The notes under the pieces were generated by a model. It ran no database searches. It worked only from the letters and a program-made list of their open reading frames with translations, and was not told where the DNA came from. Both the position numbers and the translations under genes were made by a program. A stretch of DNA of 64,000 bases from Euryarchaeota archaeon UBA103 (GTDB taxonomy: Archaea; Thermoplasmatota; Poseidoniia; Poseidoniales; Thalassarchaeaceae). Every line of letters begins with the position of its first letter. The first letter of the stretch is position 1. Shown one piece after another: positions 40,476 through 50,823 of this stretch. Where the stretch lies: the NCBI GenBank assembly GCA_002506825.1, contig DAYH01000031.1:3465-67464 (forward strand). The letters run 5' to 3'.

Positions 40476-41921
40476 ATGGTCGACCCCGTCGTCTGGGATA
40501 TTGGATACCTGATTTCTGCATCCATGTTCATCATCGGCATAAAGAGACTTTCTAGTCCGAGAACCGCTCCTTCTGGAAACAGACTGGGAGCCCAGGGAAT
40601 GCTTCTTGCAGTCATCATTACTCTATTAAAACTTCAATCTGAGGGGATAATCGGTTGGGAACTCATAGTTGGAGGGCTCGCTATAGGGTCTCTCATTGGA
40701 TATCTGATGGCAACTCGTGTTGAGATGACAGGGATGCCAGAACTGGTTGCTCTGTTCAATGGCTTCGGTGGTGCCGCCTCCGCTTTAGTTGGATTGTCTG
40801 AGGCATTAAAGAGAATTTCTGAGGGTGTTCCCGAACCGGGCGTCGAACTGTATGCAACATGGACCGCTATTGGACTATCGGCTTTGGTCGGCTGGATTAC
40901 ACTATCTGGAAGTCTAGTAGCGATGATGAAACTAAAGGGTGGCTTTTACATCCCATTTAGCAAGAAAGATGACAGGGGAAGAAGTAAATGGTTCTCCTTC
41001 CCTACTTGGGGTCCACCTTGGTTAAATTATGTTAAGGTACTACTACTATTATGTTCTATAATGCTAATTGCTATGACTATCCAGGAGCCAGAAAATAAGA
41101 CATGGATCTATTCTTTGGTAGCCACATCTACTATTCTCGGGATACTATTTGTTATGCCGATTGGTGGTGCAGATATGCCCGTAGTAGTCAGCCTCCTCAA
41201 TTCACTTTCTGGTATAGCGGCAGCGTTTACTGGTTTTGTCATAGGAAATAACGTACTAATCATCGCTGGTTCCATGGTTGGTGCGGCAGGTCTAATTCTG
41301 ACTTTCATTATGTGTAAGGCCATGAATAGGGAACTCTATGATGTTCTCTTCAAGGCTTTCGGAGGATCAGGCGAGAGAGATCAATTAACAAGGACAAAAG
41401 TCGGAAGTGATCCAGAGGAGGTCGCAATGGTACTCGATGGTGCTCAGAAGGTCATCGTTGTACCGGGCTACGGCATGGCAGTCAGCCAGAGTCAGCATGC
41501 AGTCAAGGAGTTTGCAGACTTGATGGAATCAATGGATTGCGAAGTACTCTATGGTATTCACCCTGTGGCAGGTAGGATGCCAGGTCACATGAACGTCTTA
41601 TTGGCAGAAGCGAACGTTCCTTATGAGAAATTAATTGAGATGGACGATATAAATTCCGAGTTCCCAGATTGCGATGTAGCAGTTGTTATAGGCGCTAATG
41701 ATACTACCAACCCAGCCGCAAGATCGGGAGAGGGCCCTCTTGCTGGAATGCCAATATTAGATGTTGATAAATCATCTATTGTAGTAATAATCAAGAGAAG
41801 CCTTTCTGTAGGCTATGCAGGTGTAGATAACGATTTATTCTACATGGATAAAACCATGATGCTGTTTGGTGATGGAAAGAAGATGATGAATCAACTGAAT
41901 GCGGCTGTTAAGGAACTATAA
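40476..41921 (+). CDS. pntB: NAD(P) transhydrogenase subunit beta
   Basis: MPELVALFNGFGG, IGGADMPVVVSLLNS, VPGYGMAV, IHPVAGRMPGHMNVLLAEA, GAND. Confidence 0.97.
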   Translation: MVDPVVWDIGYLISASMFIIGIKRLSSPRTAPSGNRLGAQGMLLAVIITLLKLQSEGIIGWELIVGGLAIGSLIGYLMATRVEMTGMPELVALFNGFGGAASALVGLSEALKRISEGVPEPGVELYATWTAIGLSALVGWITLSGSLVAMMKLKGGFYIPFSKKDDRGRSKWFSFPTWGPPWLNYVKVLLLLCSIMLIAMTIQEPENKTWIYSLVATSTILGILFVMPIGGADMPVVVSLLNSLSGIAAAFTGFVIGNNVLIIAGSMVGAAGLILTFIMCKAMNRELYDVLFKAFGGSGERDQLTRTKVGSDPEEVAMVLDGAQKVIVVPGYGMAVSQSQHAVKEFADLMESMDCEVLYGIHPVAGRMPGHMNVLLAEANVPYEKLIEMDDINSEFPDCDVAVVIGANDTTNPAARSGEGPLAGMPILDVDKSSIVVIIKRSLSVGYAGVDNDLFYMDKTMMLFGDGKKMMNQLNAAVKEL

Positions 41922-41981
41922 TTGGAGGACATGGTAATGACTCCGAGCAATGGTTATTTGTCACACGCACCCGATAGTCAT

Positions 41982-43046
41982 ATGGGGACGCGTATGATCA
42001 AGAGTTTCAAGAGGGCCTTTGCGGTAATTCTGGTGATATCCATAATGTCAATTCCTGCCATGGGAATGAGCTCAGGCCCAGGTTATGAGAATTCTGATGG
42101 GGATCCAACAGTGAAGTATGGGTGCTCATGCCATAACAACGGTGCCGCTTCGACTAGGGCCGTAGTTATGGTCACCGGAGTTCCTGTGATGTATGAATTG
42201 GGTGAGTCCTATGATATGACAATCAAGGTCGCTGACTCACTTACTCTTTCGGGAGGCGATGGCAATACAGAAGGGGGGTTCTTGATGACTTCTGATGGAA
42301 TAGGGGAATTCTCGTGGCTTGAAGATGAGGATATCAGAGTGGCCGACGGGGCACCATCGGATATTTCACATTCAGATGTTGATTCTGATGGTATTTGGGA
42401 CATAACATGGACTGCTCCATTGAATGATTCCGGACATGTATATTTCTGGTTGGCTGGAAACTCTGTCAATGGGGACGGAGCACCAGGAGATGAGGATTGG
42501 TGGAATATCCTGTCCTTTACAATAAATGCTCCAGATACAATTCAATCTGGCGACTCAGGGGCTACTTTAGAGACTCGGACGGTTTCAGTGGGTGACTATG
42601 ATACCTTATTCCTAATAGAAGAGTCTGAAGCTCAGAAAGAAGCAGAGAGGCAAGAGGCTCTCTCAAACAGAGTTTTCAGCCAAGGTAATCTGTTTTTCTG
42701 GACCAGCCTCACAGCTCTACTAGTTGGCGCGTTAGTGCAGAGAGAGATTCTAGAGAGAAAGTATGACGATGGTCCAGAATTCTTGGCTAACGAACTCGCC
42801 TACCCACAAGCATTGAGAAGAGGCCTGATGAGTATTGTCTCATTCATAATTGCAATTAGGTGGGCTTCATCGGAGACGCCCATCTATTTCCCCCCGCCGG
42901 CAGTAGTTGAAGAAGGTACTAAGGTTACTGATCTAACAGTCTTCCTAACGGGCTGCGCCTTCCTCGCTAGCGCACTATTTGCTTATGGCGTCTATCGAAC
43001 TATTTTGGCGGCCAGAGTCTCCCCTGATGTCAAGGATCGTCTATAG
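41982..43046 (+). CDS. Reeler/choice-of-anchor-V-like secreted domain with C-terminal TM helices
   Basis: Signal peptide, GCSCH, WTAP, FWLAGNSVNGDG; three C-terminal TM segments; start uncertain (41982 or 41994). Confidence 0.65.
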   Translation: MGTRMIKSFKRAFAVILVISIMSIPAMGMSSGPGYENSDGDPTVKYGCSCHNNGAASTRAVVMVTGVPVMYELGESYDMTIKVADSLTLSGGDGNTEGGFLMTSDGIGEFSWLEDEDIRVADGAPSDISHSDVDSDGIWDITWTAPLNDSGHVYFWLAGNSVNGDGAPGDEDWWNILSFTINAPDTIQSGDSGATLETRTVSVGDYDTLFLIEESEAQKEAERQEALSNRVFSQGNLFFWTSLTALLVGALVQREILERKYDDGPEFLANELAYPQALRRGLMSIVSFIIAIRWASSETPIYFPPPAVVEEGTKVTDLTVFLTGCAFLASALFAYGVYRTILAARVSPDVKDRL

Positions 43047-43781
43047 ATGTCAGAAAATAACTCTCTTTCTCTTCCTAAGCCAGTGTTCTATCATCTACAG
43101 GATCTTTACTCAATAATTAGATCAACCGTAATTTTAGTTGCTTTGTGTGCCATATTTTGGTCTTTCACTTCGGCCAGTATTTTGACTGAATGGATATCAT
43201 CTTTCAATTTCGGCGCCGATTCTCAAAATATGGCTATATATTCTCCCTTTGAATGGATAGAAATTAAATGGTCATTTTCAATATTAATGTCCATGATTAG
43301 TGTAATTCCGGTCACATCATATTTGCTACTGAGATTTGCAAAACCCGGGCTATATCCTCAGGAGTATAGTTGGTTGAGATTTGTATTTCTGATAAATTCT
43401 CTTCTTCTTCCCGTACTGATTTTTATTATATGGTTCTGGTTAATGCCCGAGATGGTTAATGCAGTATCCTCGATATCTGAATTGAACAACGTTAGCCCGA
43501 GATATGATATTGCAGAGATATCAAGGCTCTCGCTAGGAATAACATGGATTGCCATCGTATCATTAATCCTCATCAATTCACTCACAATAGCAAGGTCTAC
43601 AAACAGTCAGATCGGGATATATTCTTGGGTTAGGCCCAGGCTAATCCTTATGTGCGCAGGTATACTAATTTTAACCATCCCCGCAACATTTGATGGTTTG
43701 AGGATAGTTATTTCTATCTCAATTATTATTGTATGTGATAATCTTTCTAGAATAGTGCCATTGACTAACTATGACGCTTAA
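43047..43781 (+). CDS. Divergent TatC-like membrane protein
   Basis: HL.DL, SPFE, RFAKPGLYPQE (cf. TatC F..PGL...E), about 6 TM helices. Confidence 0.65.
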   Translation: MSENNSLSLPKPVFYHLQDLYSIIRSTVILVALCAIFWSFTSASILTEWISSFNFGADSQNMAIYSPFEWIEIKWSFSILMSMISVIPVTSYLLLRFAKPGLYPQEYSWLRFVFLINSLLLPVLIFIIWFWLMPEMVNAVSSISELNNVSPRYDIAEISRLSLGITWIAIVSLILINSLTIARSTNSQIGIYSWVRPRLILMCAGILILTIPATFDGLRIVISISIIIVCDNLSRIVPLTNYDA

Positions 43782-43831
43782 TTAATCCAGATTGTCACTG
43801 CATTCAAAGCTCACGCATTGTACCGATACAT

Positions 43832-45784
43832 GTGAAAACCATCAGGGTTGCCATAGCTGTGCTAATCTTAATGGGTGGTATCTTTGTCAATTTGAATCCA
43901 GATTTGTTGGACTCACGTTATGACTTTGAAGAATCTGATGAAACTTCAAATCTACTTGGACTACAAATAGATGAGAGGTGGCTTGTACTTAGGGTCGCCT
44001 TCCCTGATTCTCCTCATTCAGAGGCATTGACTTCCTCGCTGTTGAAGGGCCAAGGATCAGCAGAGGAATATGTACAACAGCTATCGGGAGGATCGTCAAC
44101 GTTACAAGTTACAATCTCAGAAGAAGTCTGGTTTTCTGAGTTCGAAGAATCCTATTGGGGCGCCGATTCGGAAGGAGAGAGGGACGTTGGCAATAATGGC
44201 ATGGGAGTAGATAAATTAGTAGAGGAATCCGCTAAAAATTTACTCTCGGACATGGATCTCTCGGAATGGGATTTAGATGGTGATGGTATTGTGGACAGGC
44301 TTCTAATCTTACATTCAGGGAATGCTCAAGAGTCAGGGGGCGCCCCCGATTCCATTTGGAGTCATTTCTCTACATTATCATCACCAATAGAAATAGGCCA
44401 ATGGGAGATTAATCACTACACTATTTCCTCTCTTGATTCTGGTTTGGGGACCTTAGTTCATGAGATGATTCATCAAATGGGTGCCTATGATCTATATGAT
44501 GTAAATTCAGAACTACCATCCAGAACTTGGAATGGGTTGGGCGATTGGGATATCATGGCTAGCGGAAACTGGAATGGTAATGCCATGACTCCTGCTATGC
44601 CAGGCGGCGCGACACTTCTGACTATCAATGGTCCAGGGGTGGAATCAATCAATCCTCAAATAAGGCAAAATATTACGTTATTTCCAATGAGCTCTACTGA
44701 AAATAGAACCAGGGTCGTATCAATCGACACAGCTCCAGATGAGTTTGTTCTAATTACATACAGGGCTGATTTAGGATTTGACTCTGAGCTTCCTGGTGCT
44801 GGAGTAATTATAGAGTACTTAGATAGAAATAATGGAAATTTGGATGATAATACAGTCAACAAAGATCCGAATAATCCATGGGTAATGATTATCGAAGCTG
44901 ACGGAGACCAAGCTCTACTGAGAAATCGTGATAGTGGTAGTAGCGGCGATGCATTTCAAACCGGAGATTATTTCGGTTCTGATGGTCACCTGATAAGAGA
45001 TAATAGAGGCAGACTAGTTCCTTGGAAAATTTCGATTACTAACATCGAGCAATCAAACGCATCAATTGAGATTACTCCCGATGACGAGTTCACAAGCAGG
45101 GTACTCACACCCAGATCCCCGATACAACTTATTGAGGGCGAGAGCGCATATGCGACCATCTCCACCGAGTTACCATGTACTTTGGTAATCAACACCAGTA
45201 TCGATCTGACAACTCCCGAACCAACTGAGATTGAGATACCAGCTGGAAATACTATTGTTCCGCTTGTCAGATTTTCTGACACTAATTTAGACATGGGAAT
45301 GCTAAATGGCAATATTGGCTGTAAAGGTAAAACACCTGAAAACATCAGAATCGATTGGCAGGCCATAGGGCATAGAATTTCTGATCAGGAAATAGAGCAT
45401 ATAATTGACTGGGACCAACCATCAACCATCTCTGTCCCGATTTCAATGATTGGATCAGGCTCAAGGAATTATGATATTGCTCTGGAGGGAGCGGTTAGTA
45501 GGATTGCATCTTCTGATACGCAGGGGGAGCTATTATCTGGAGATGATATTGTTCTTAGAATTCAACCAGATGGTCTACTGACACCAGGGATGTATGCAAG
45601 GGGAGAGATTGTTTTTCAAGATGAATATTCCGTCGAGCAGAGAATAGATATTACTTTGATTGCAGAGTCTTCCTTTACAGGAGATGGTGTATTGGGCTGG
45701 ATTTCACAGCCATCTAACGGACTACTCGTCATATCAATACTGTTAGCTTTCAGCGTAATTGTTGGAAGAGACTCAGAAAACTAG
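43832..45784 (+). CDS. M6 (immune inhibitor A-like) metalloprotease, membrane anchored
   Basis: DLDGDGIVD..ILHSG..QE, IWSH, HEMIHQMG..DLYD, WDIMASG.W, FD..LPG.G; N-terminal signal and C-terminal TM. Confidence 0.88.
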   Translation: MKTIRVAIAVLILMGGIFVNLNPDLLDSRYDFEESDETSNLLGLQIDERWLVLRVAFPDSPHSEALTSSLLKGQGSAEEYVQQLSGGSSTLQVTISEEVWFSEFEESYWGADSEGERDVGNNGMGVDKLVEESAKNLLSDMDLSEWDLDGDGIVDRLLILHSGNAQESGGAPDSIWSHFSTLSSPIEIGQWEINHYTISSLDSGLGTLVHEMIHQMGAYDLYDVNSELPSRTWNGLGDWDIMASGNWNGNAMTPAMPGGATLLTINGPGVESINPQIRQNITLFPMSSTENRTRVVSIDTAPDEFVLITYRADLGFDSELPGAGVIIEYLDRNNGNLDDNTVNKDPNNPWVMIIEADGDQALLRNRDSGSSGDAFQTGDYFGSDGHLIRDNRGRLVPWKISITNIEQSNASIEITPDDEFTSRVLTPRSPIQLIEGESAYATISTELPCTLVINTSIDLTTPEPTEIEIPAGNTIVPLVRFSDTNLDMGMLNGNIGCKGKTPENIRIDWQAIGHRISDQEIEHIIDWDQPSTISVPISMIGSGSRNYDIALEGAVSRIASSDTQGELLSGDDIVLRIQPDGLLTPGMYARGEIVFQDEYSVEQRIDITLIAESSFTGDGVLGWISQPSNGLLVISILLAFSVIVGRDSEN

Positions 45785-46764
45785 CGCGGGCTACTCCACC
45801 TTGAATCCGCTGGTGGCCTAGATATGGAAATGTAAGAAATCGCTTCTCCGATGAAAATTGGCATTATCCATATTTTATTTACCCCAGATGCTAACCTAGA
45901 AGCTAAACAGGCTTCATTCCAGTCACTCGGTATATTTTCAGGATCCGCTACTAGCCACGGGGCATGGGATTCTCCGACATCTCCTTCATAGCATCTCCAT
46001 TTCGTTCCATACTTAAATCCAGATTTCGGGTTCAGGCCTCTATTCAATAAATCCTGAAGAACAGTGGCACTACTGTCCTTATCTCCATTTATCAGAGTTC
46101 TAAAGGCAGAATTTGTTATTCCCCCTCTTAAGAATGGTTCAGACATCCTTACATCGATACCATCTGAGATATCTATGAAATAGCCTCCACTGGATATCTC
46201 AAATAAGGACTCTCGATTAATTTCCACTAGGTTGAATTTCCCTAGTTTTCCCATTGGATCTTCAGTAGATATTCTATAAGTAACGGCTGAACATTCTTCA
46301 TCGACAACAATAACTTCTGGAATCAATCCCTTAAGTTGTATATTCTGGCACCATCTATACAATTCATTTGGACTAATGGCGTCATTGGAATTATACAGTA
46401 GTAATTCTGAAACAGGCTCAGTTTCTCTAGGATGCGAGTTAGAAGGCCACCTCATTGCCCAACTATTTTTTTCGAAATTATAATCACTGTTCCACTGCTC
46501 CGTGTTTAGAATAACTTTGTTACCAGGAACTCTCAGTGCCTCCATAGCTGAATACTCAGAGAGAAAATTGGTGTTATCGACCAACTCATCTATGATCACG
46601 TTTCTACTTGGGGCCTTGATGTGCCTATGATTGATACAGAAGAGTAGCTCTACCGTACTCATTAGGATTCCTCCGCCTTCGGCAGGCTTCCCAATTGCCG
46701 ACTTATGCCACAATCTATCAGCAGACTTTTCATCAAAGTGCCAAAGCCCGTCAATCCTCTCCAT
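45781..46764 (-). CDS. endA: tRNA-splicing endonuclease (two-repeat type)
   Basis: C-terminal GL..KSGFKYG..WR.Y....HAPWLV..RLA.GV.K with catalytic Y/H/K; degenerate N-terminal repeat ending VVDEE..VTY. Confidence 0.8.
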   Translation of the reverse strand: MERIDGLWHFDEKSADRLWHKSAIGKPAEGGGILMSTVELLFCINHRHIKAPSRNVIIDELVDNTNFLSEYSAMEALRVPGNKVILNTEQWNSDYNFEKNSWAMRWPSNSHPRETEPVSELLLYNSNDAISPNELYRWCQNIQLKGLIPEVIVVDEECSAVTYRISTEDPMGKLGKFNLVEINRESLFEISSGGYFIDISDGIDVRMSEPFLRGGITNSAFRTLINGDKDSSATVLQDLLNRGLNPKSGFKYGTKWRCYEGDVGESHAPWLVADPENIPSDWNEACLASRLASGVNKIWIMPIFIGEAISYISISRPPADSRWSSPR

Positions 46765-46820
46765 GGTAACGCTAAAGGGTATGTAATTTCATCCCCTCGG
46801 TCCAGAAATATCATTTCCTA

Positions 46821-47885
46821 ATGCCTACTCGAACGGCTGTGTCTGTGTACAATGAGGCTGAGTCGCTACAAACCCTAATCACCCTGCTAAGAGAAGTTGA
46901 AGGAACAAGAGTGACCCTAATAGGTGATGTAATGCTAGATAGATACCATCATGGATATGCAAATAATCTCAATTCCACTGCTCCTGTTCCTGCTCTGAGA
47001 GTAATATATTCAGAGGAATCTCCAGGAGCGGCAGCTCACATCGCCAGAGGCCTCAGCTCATTGGGACTAACTGTCGATCTACATAGCTCGGTTGGTGATG
47101 ATAATGAGGGCAAAAGCATCATCAGTACTCTAGATGGAGATGGAATCGATACCTCTGGAATAATTGAAGTCGAGGGGAGGAATACATTGACGAAGATAAG
47201 ATTCTACGGAAGTAGAGAGAATTTACTAGACCAAGTGCAAATATTACTCCAAGCAGATCGTGGCCCTTTAGAAGACTTAGATCCTAGTGTCAGTGTTTCT
47301 CTTACGAAGTCTTCGTTGGACTCAATGTCAGAAAGTCAAGCATTAGTAATATCAGACTATAACAAGGGAGTTATTACAGAGGATGGCTCAGAGATATTAA
47401 TTTCAGCGGCTAAGAAACTTGGAATTCCATGTATTGTTGATCCTAAGTTAACTGGATTATCTAGGAGCAGGGGGGCAGACATTGTGATTTTTGGTATGAG
47501 GGGGCTAGAGTTACAAAATAAGAGGCTGATGACTTCTTCTTTGGACGAAGCTGCTAGGCAACTTATCGATACATACGATTGGGGTGCTTTGTTGGTACTT
47601 GGCGGGGTGAACGGAGTTACGCTACATTCATCAGATGGCAGTAGGGTTTTCTTCCCCTGCAGGGCAGATGCTCCAAAGCAACTAATCGGACTCAACGACG
47701 CTGCCGCAACAGCCTTAGCGGCCGCATTGGGAAATGGTTTGGATGTAGTAGATGCGGCCGCGCTATCTGCCGCTGCCTGTGAATGTATACTGTCTGCTGA
47801 GGCTAGTCAAGAGTTTGTGGATAGTGCCACATTACAGCTGTGGCTAGAAGAGCTATCTTGGAAATTAAGAATTTCAGATAGATAA
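46821..47885 (+). CDS. PfkB/RfaE(HldE)-like sugar kinase homolog, possibly degenerate
   Basis: IGDVMLDRY, APVP, PG.AA, VGDD..G, ISDYNKGV, VDPK; GAGD motif replaced by GLND. Confidence 0.75.
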   Translation: MPTRTAVSVYNEAESLQTLITLLREVEGTRVTLIGDVMLDRYHHGYANNLNSTAPVPALRVIYSEESPGAAAHIARGLSSLGLTVDLHSSVGDDNEGKSIISTLDGDGIDTSGIIEVEGRNTLTKIRFYGSRENLLDQVQILLQADRGPLEDLDPSVSVSLTKSSLDSMSESQALVISDYNKGVITEDGSEILISAAKKLGIPCIVDPKLTGLSRSRGADIVIFGMRGLELQNKRLMTSSLDEAARQLIDTYDWGALLVLGGVNGVTLHSSDGSRVFFPCRADAPKQLIGLNDAAATALAAALGNGLDVVDAAALSAAACECILSAEASQEFVDSATLQLWLEELSWKLRISDR

Positions 47886-47901
47886 TCAATTTTCCAAGAA
47901 G

Positions 47902-47907
47902 TTCAAA
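47902..47907 (+). promoter_or_regulatory. Putative TATA-equivalent TTCAAA 29 nt upstream of the start codon
   Basis: Same motif and spacing at 11976, 19888, 43803 (+) and 57105 (-). Confidence 0.5.
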
Positions 47908-47930
47908 TCACGTTCCTATTAGCGAATGAC

Positions 47931-49466
47931 ATGAGACGCAATCTGGCGATGCTATTTTCATTAGTCATCATTCTCTCATTACTCCCAACTAAACCGCTCG
48001 ATGGTATAGATAATGTAGATTTTTTCTCAGATGAGGGCAGTTTTTCCGATCCTCCTCTAATTAGCTTCGATCAAGACTTAGGAATTAGCATCGCCGGTAA
48101 TACAACAATATCTGGATTTATTGTCTCAGCTAGTGCCCCCGATACCTCCACATGGCAAATAACCAGGCTTTCGGAAGAAGGCGCTTTGACAAATATCACT
48201 AATGTAATTCCTATGGAAATATTCCCTTCATTATCCAATCAAGATGACGGACTATCGAGATGGGTATGGGATTTTACTATTGACCCATCTTCAATACCTA
48301 ATTGTACCTGCTTTGTTACTGTAACTGTGGCTTCTAACTCACTATATTCTAAAATATCCACTATTTTCTTTACTGGAGTTAGTAATGTGCCAGCACTAGT
48401 TTTGGATAATCATGTAGATATCACTGAACAGTATAGTACTTACAGCGAACAGATAGATATTTCTGGTTGGGCATATTCTCAGGATGGCCTCCCAGTAAGG
48501 GTGTATACTATGGCAATAAACTCAGAGAATTCTGCCAATGCCTGCTCAGATTTCCTTTCAATCTCATCTTTAGATGACCTATCTGGACTAGATTTTGATG
48601 CCTCAAGCGAATATGCTTCTTTTGGTTATTTTACTGACTATTTTGACTCCTCTATGCTAGAAGATGGTTGGTATTCATTATGGACCTTTACTTCATCCTT
48701 TGATAATTCCTCCATAATACAATCTTTATGCACCGTTTCAAAGATAGATAATTCTGACCCTATCGCAATTATTGAAGGAGAAATAAGTTCTGTCGAGGGA
48801 GATGGGAACTTAATTTTCGATGCAGGCTCATCATATGACTATTACTGGGGGAAGGAAGATCTGAATTATGTATGGACGCTAATTAGAATGGATGCTTCTG
48901 GTGATTCGCTACAAGAAACAAAGGAAGGTAGAGAATTTAGCTATTTTACAGTACAAGACGATGTTTCAGGTAATTTCGTACTATCACTTCTCGTAGTAGA
49001 TTACCAGGGCAATACTGATTTCACTAGTATCGAATTCTCGATACAAAATCTAGATCCAGTAGCTAAATTGATAGTTTCAGATAATTCCCTATCGGACGGG
49101 GACAGTTATCAGCTACCCGATCTGGCTGAATGGACTCTTGATGCATCTGACTCTATCGACACTACGAATGACATAGATGGACTTAGATGTGTATGGAAAA
49201 TCAACTTTAAGACAATTTACGAAGGTTGTGAAAGGAAGTTCTCATGGCCCGAAGGAGATTCCAACAACAGTCTTTTCCTGACACTGGAAGTCATTGACGA
49301 TGATGATGACTTTTCCGTGATAACTGTAGAATTATCTCGTTCGGATCAAACAAATGAATTACCAATTCCAATAATTGTCTTATTGGTATCGATCTTATTT
49401 TTCATCTCTTCTATTCTCTACTCTAGGAGACATGACGATATGCAAATACCAAAATGGAATGACTAG
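47931..49466 (+). CDS. PKD/Ig-like domain surface protein with C-terminal TM anchor
   Basis: Signal peptide; P.A...FDA..S.D, L.Y.W, LTL.V.D repeats; TM and short tail. Confidence 0.72.
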   Translation: MRRNLAMLFSLVIILSLLPTKPLDGIDNVDFFSDEGSFSDPPLISFDQDLGISIAGNTTISGFIVSASAPDTSTWQITRLSEEGALTNITNVIPMEIFPSLSNQDDGLSRWVWDFTIDPSSIPNCTCFVTVTVASNSLYSKISTIFFTGVSNVPALVLDNHVDITEQYSTYSEQIDISGWAYSQDGLPVRVYTMAINSENSANACSDFLSISSLDDLSGLDFDASSEYASFGYFTDYFDSSMLEDGWYSLWTFTSSFDNSSIIQSLCTVSKIDNSDPIAIIEGEISSVEGDGNLIFDAGSSYDYYWGKEDLNYVWTLIRMDASGDSLQETKEGREFSYFTVQDDVSGNFVLSLLVVDYQGNTDFTSIEFSIQNLDPVAKLIVSDNSLSDGDSYQLPDLAEWTLDASDSIDTTNDIDGLRCVWKINFKTIYEGCERKFSWPEGDSNNSLFLTLEVIDDDDDFSVITVELSRSDQTNELPIPIIVLLVSILFFISSILYSRRHDDMQIPKWND

Positions 49467-49509
49467 AAATAATATAATACACCCTCATCACTAAGTATGA
49501 ATATATTAG

Positions 49510-50823
49510 GTGACACACATGGAAGATACCATAGCAAGCAAGTCAGAGTACTTCCACCGACAAGATAGGCTAATGTCCAGAATTCTACCAAATTCCCTAG
49601 TCATTATTCCGAATAATCGGCCCTCAATTAGATCTAATGACACAAAGTACCCATACAGAGCAAATTCGTATATGCTGTATCTGTCAGATTGGCAAGAGCC
49701 CAATTCAGTATTGACAATCAGTAATCTAAATGCGGCTCGAGAATCTACATTACATGTTAAACCAAGGGATACCGAGAAAGAGATTTGGGAAGGCAGGATA
49801 ATCGGTCCCGATGGTGCTCTGATTAACTGGCCTGTTGACAAGTCTAATTCAATATTGGATTTCGAAAACTATCTTAAAATAGAATTAAAAAATCACTCAA
49901 ATTTATACCTAATAACTGGGATTAATCCAGAAATAGACGATATAGTACAAAATTTTTGGAACAAGGATATCTTAGATCCTCGTATCTACTTGGATGAAAT
50001 GAGGATGATTAAATCCTTGTCTGAGATAGAATTAATGAAGAGAGCATCGTCAATCGCTTCTGAAGCTCATGTTAAGGCAATGTCTATTTCCAGACCAGGG
50101 ATAGGCGAATGGGAGATACAGGCATCTATCGAGAGTCATTTCACGATGTGTAGGAGTACGAATAGCTACAACCCCATTGTTGGAGGTGGTGACAACTCAA
50201 CAATCCTACACTATAGCTCAAATTCAGATAATATTCGGGGGACAGATTTAGTTTTGGTAGATGCAGGATGTGAGGTCAATGGTTATGCTTCTGATATTAC
50301 CAGAACTTGGCCGGTTTCAGGCATGTTTAGTGAAGCACAGAGGGAGATCTATGAATTAGTCCTGAGAGCTGAGCTTTCTGCTATAGAGGCCTGTCAGGTT
50401 GGCTCTCCCTGGGAAAATATGCATAGGGCCGCATCCGAGGTTCTAGCTAGAGGACTCATAGATCTGGGGATTCTTCAATGCTCTTATGAAGATGCGATAG
50501 GGGATAACTTAGACGGCGACTATCGAAAATTTTTCATGCATGGCACCGGACACATGCTTGGGCTGGACGTTCATGATGTTGGAGGAGGCAGGCAAGGAGG
50601 AAAAAAAGGCCCAATACTAAAGTCCGGCATGATAGTAACAATTGAGCCAGGTTTGTATTTTGCATCATGGAGGGACGATATTTCAGTCCCTGAGAAATAC
50701 TCCGGTATAGGAGTGCGTATTGAAGATGACGTTTTGATTACTGAAGATGGTCCTGTAGTACTAACGGAAATGTGCCCCAAGACAATCGATGAAATAGAAT
50801 CAATTGTCGGAAGTGCTTTGTAA
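49510..50823 (+). CDS. pepP: Xaa-Pro aminopeptidase (aminopeptidase P)
   Basis: RSND..Y.YR, LHY, LVDAGCE..GYASDITRT, HGTGH.LGLDVHD, TIEPGLY, GVRIEDD. Confidence 0.95.
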   Translation: MTHMEDTIASKSEYFHRQDRLMSRILPNSLVIIPNNRPSIRSNDTKYPYRANSYMLYLSDWQEPNSVLTISNLNAARESTLHVKPRDTEKEIWEGRIIGPDGALINWPVDKSNSILDFENYLKIELKNHSNLYLITGINPEIDDIVQNFWNKDILDPRIYLDEMRMIKSLSEIELMKRASSIASEAHVKAMSISRPGIGEWEIQASIESHFTMCRSTNSYNPIVGGGDNSTILHYSSNSDNIRGTDLVLVDAGCEVNGYASDITRTWPVSGMFSEAQREIYELVLRAELSAIEACQVGSPWENMHRAASEVLARGLIDLGILQCSYEDAIGDNLDGDYRKFFMHGTGHMLGLDVHDVGGGRQGGKKGPILKSGMIVTIEPGLYFASWRDDISVPEKYSGIGVRIEDDVLITEDGPVVLTEMCPKTIDEIESIVGSAL

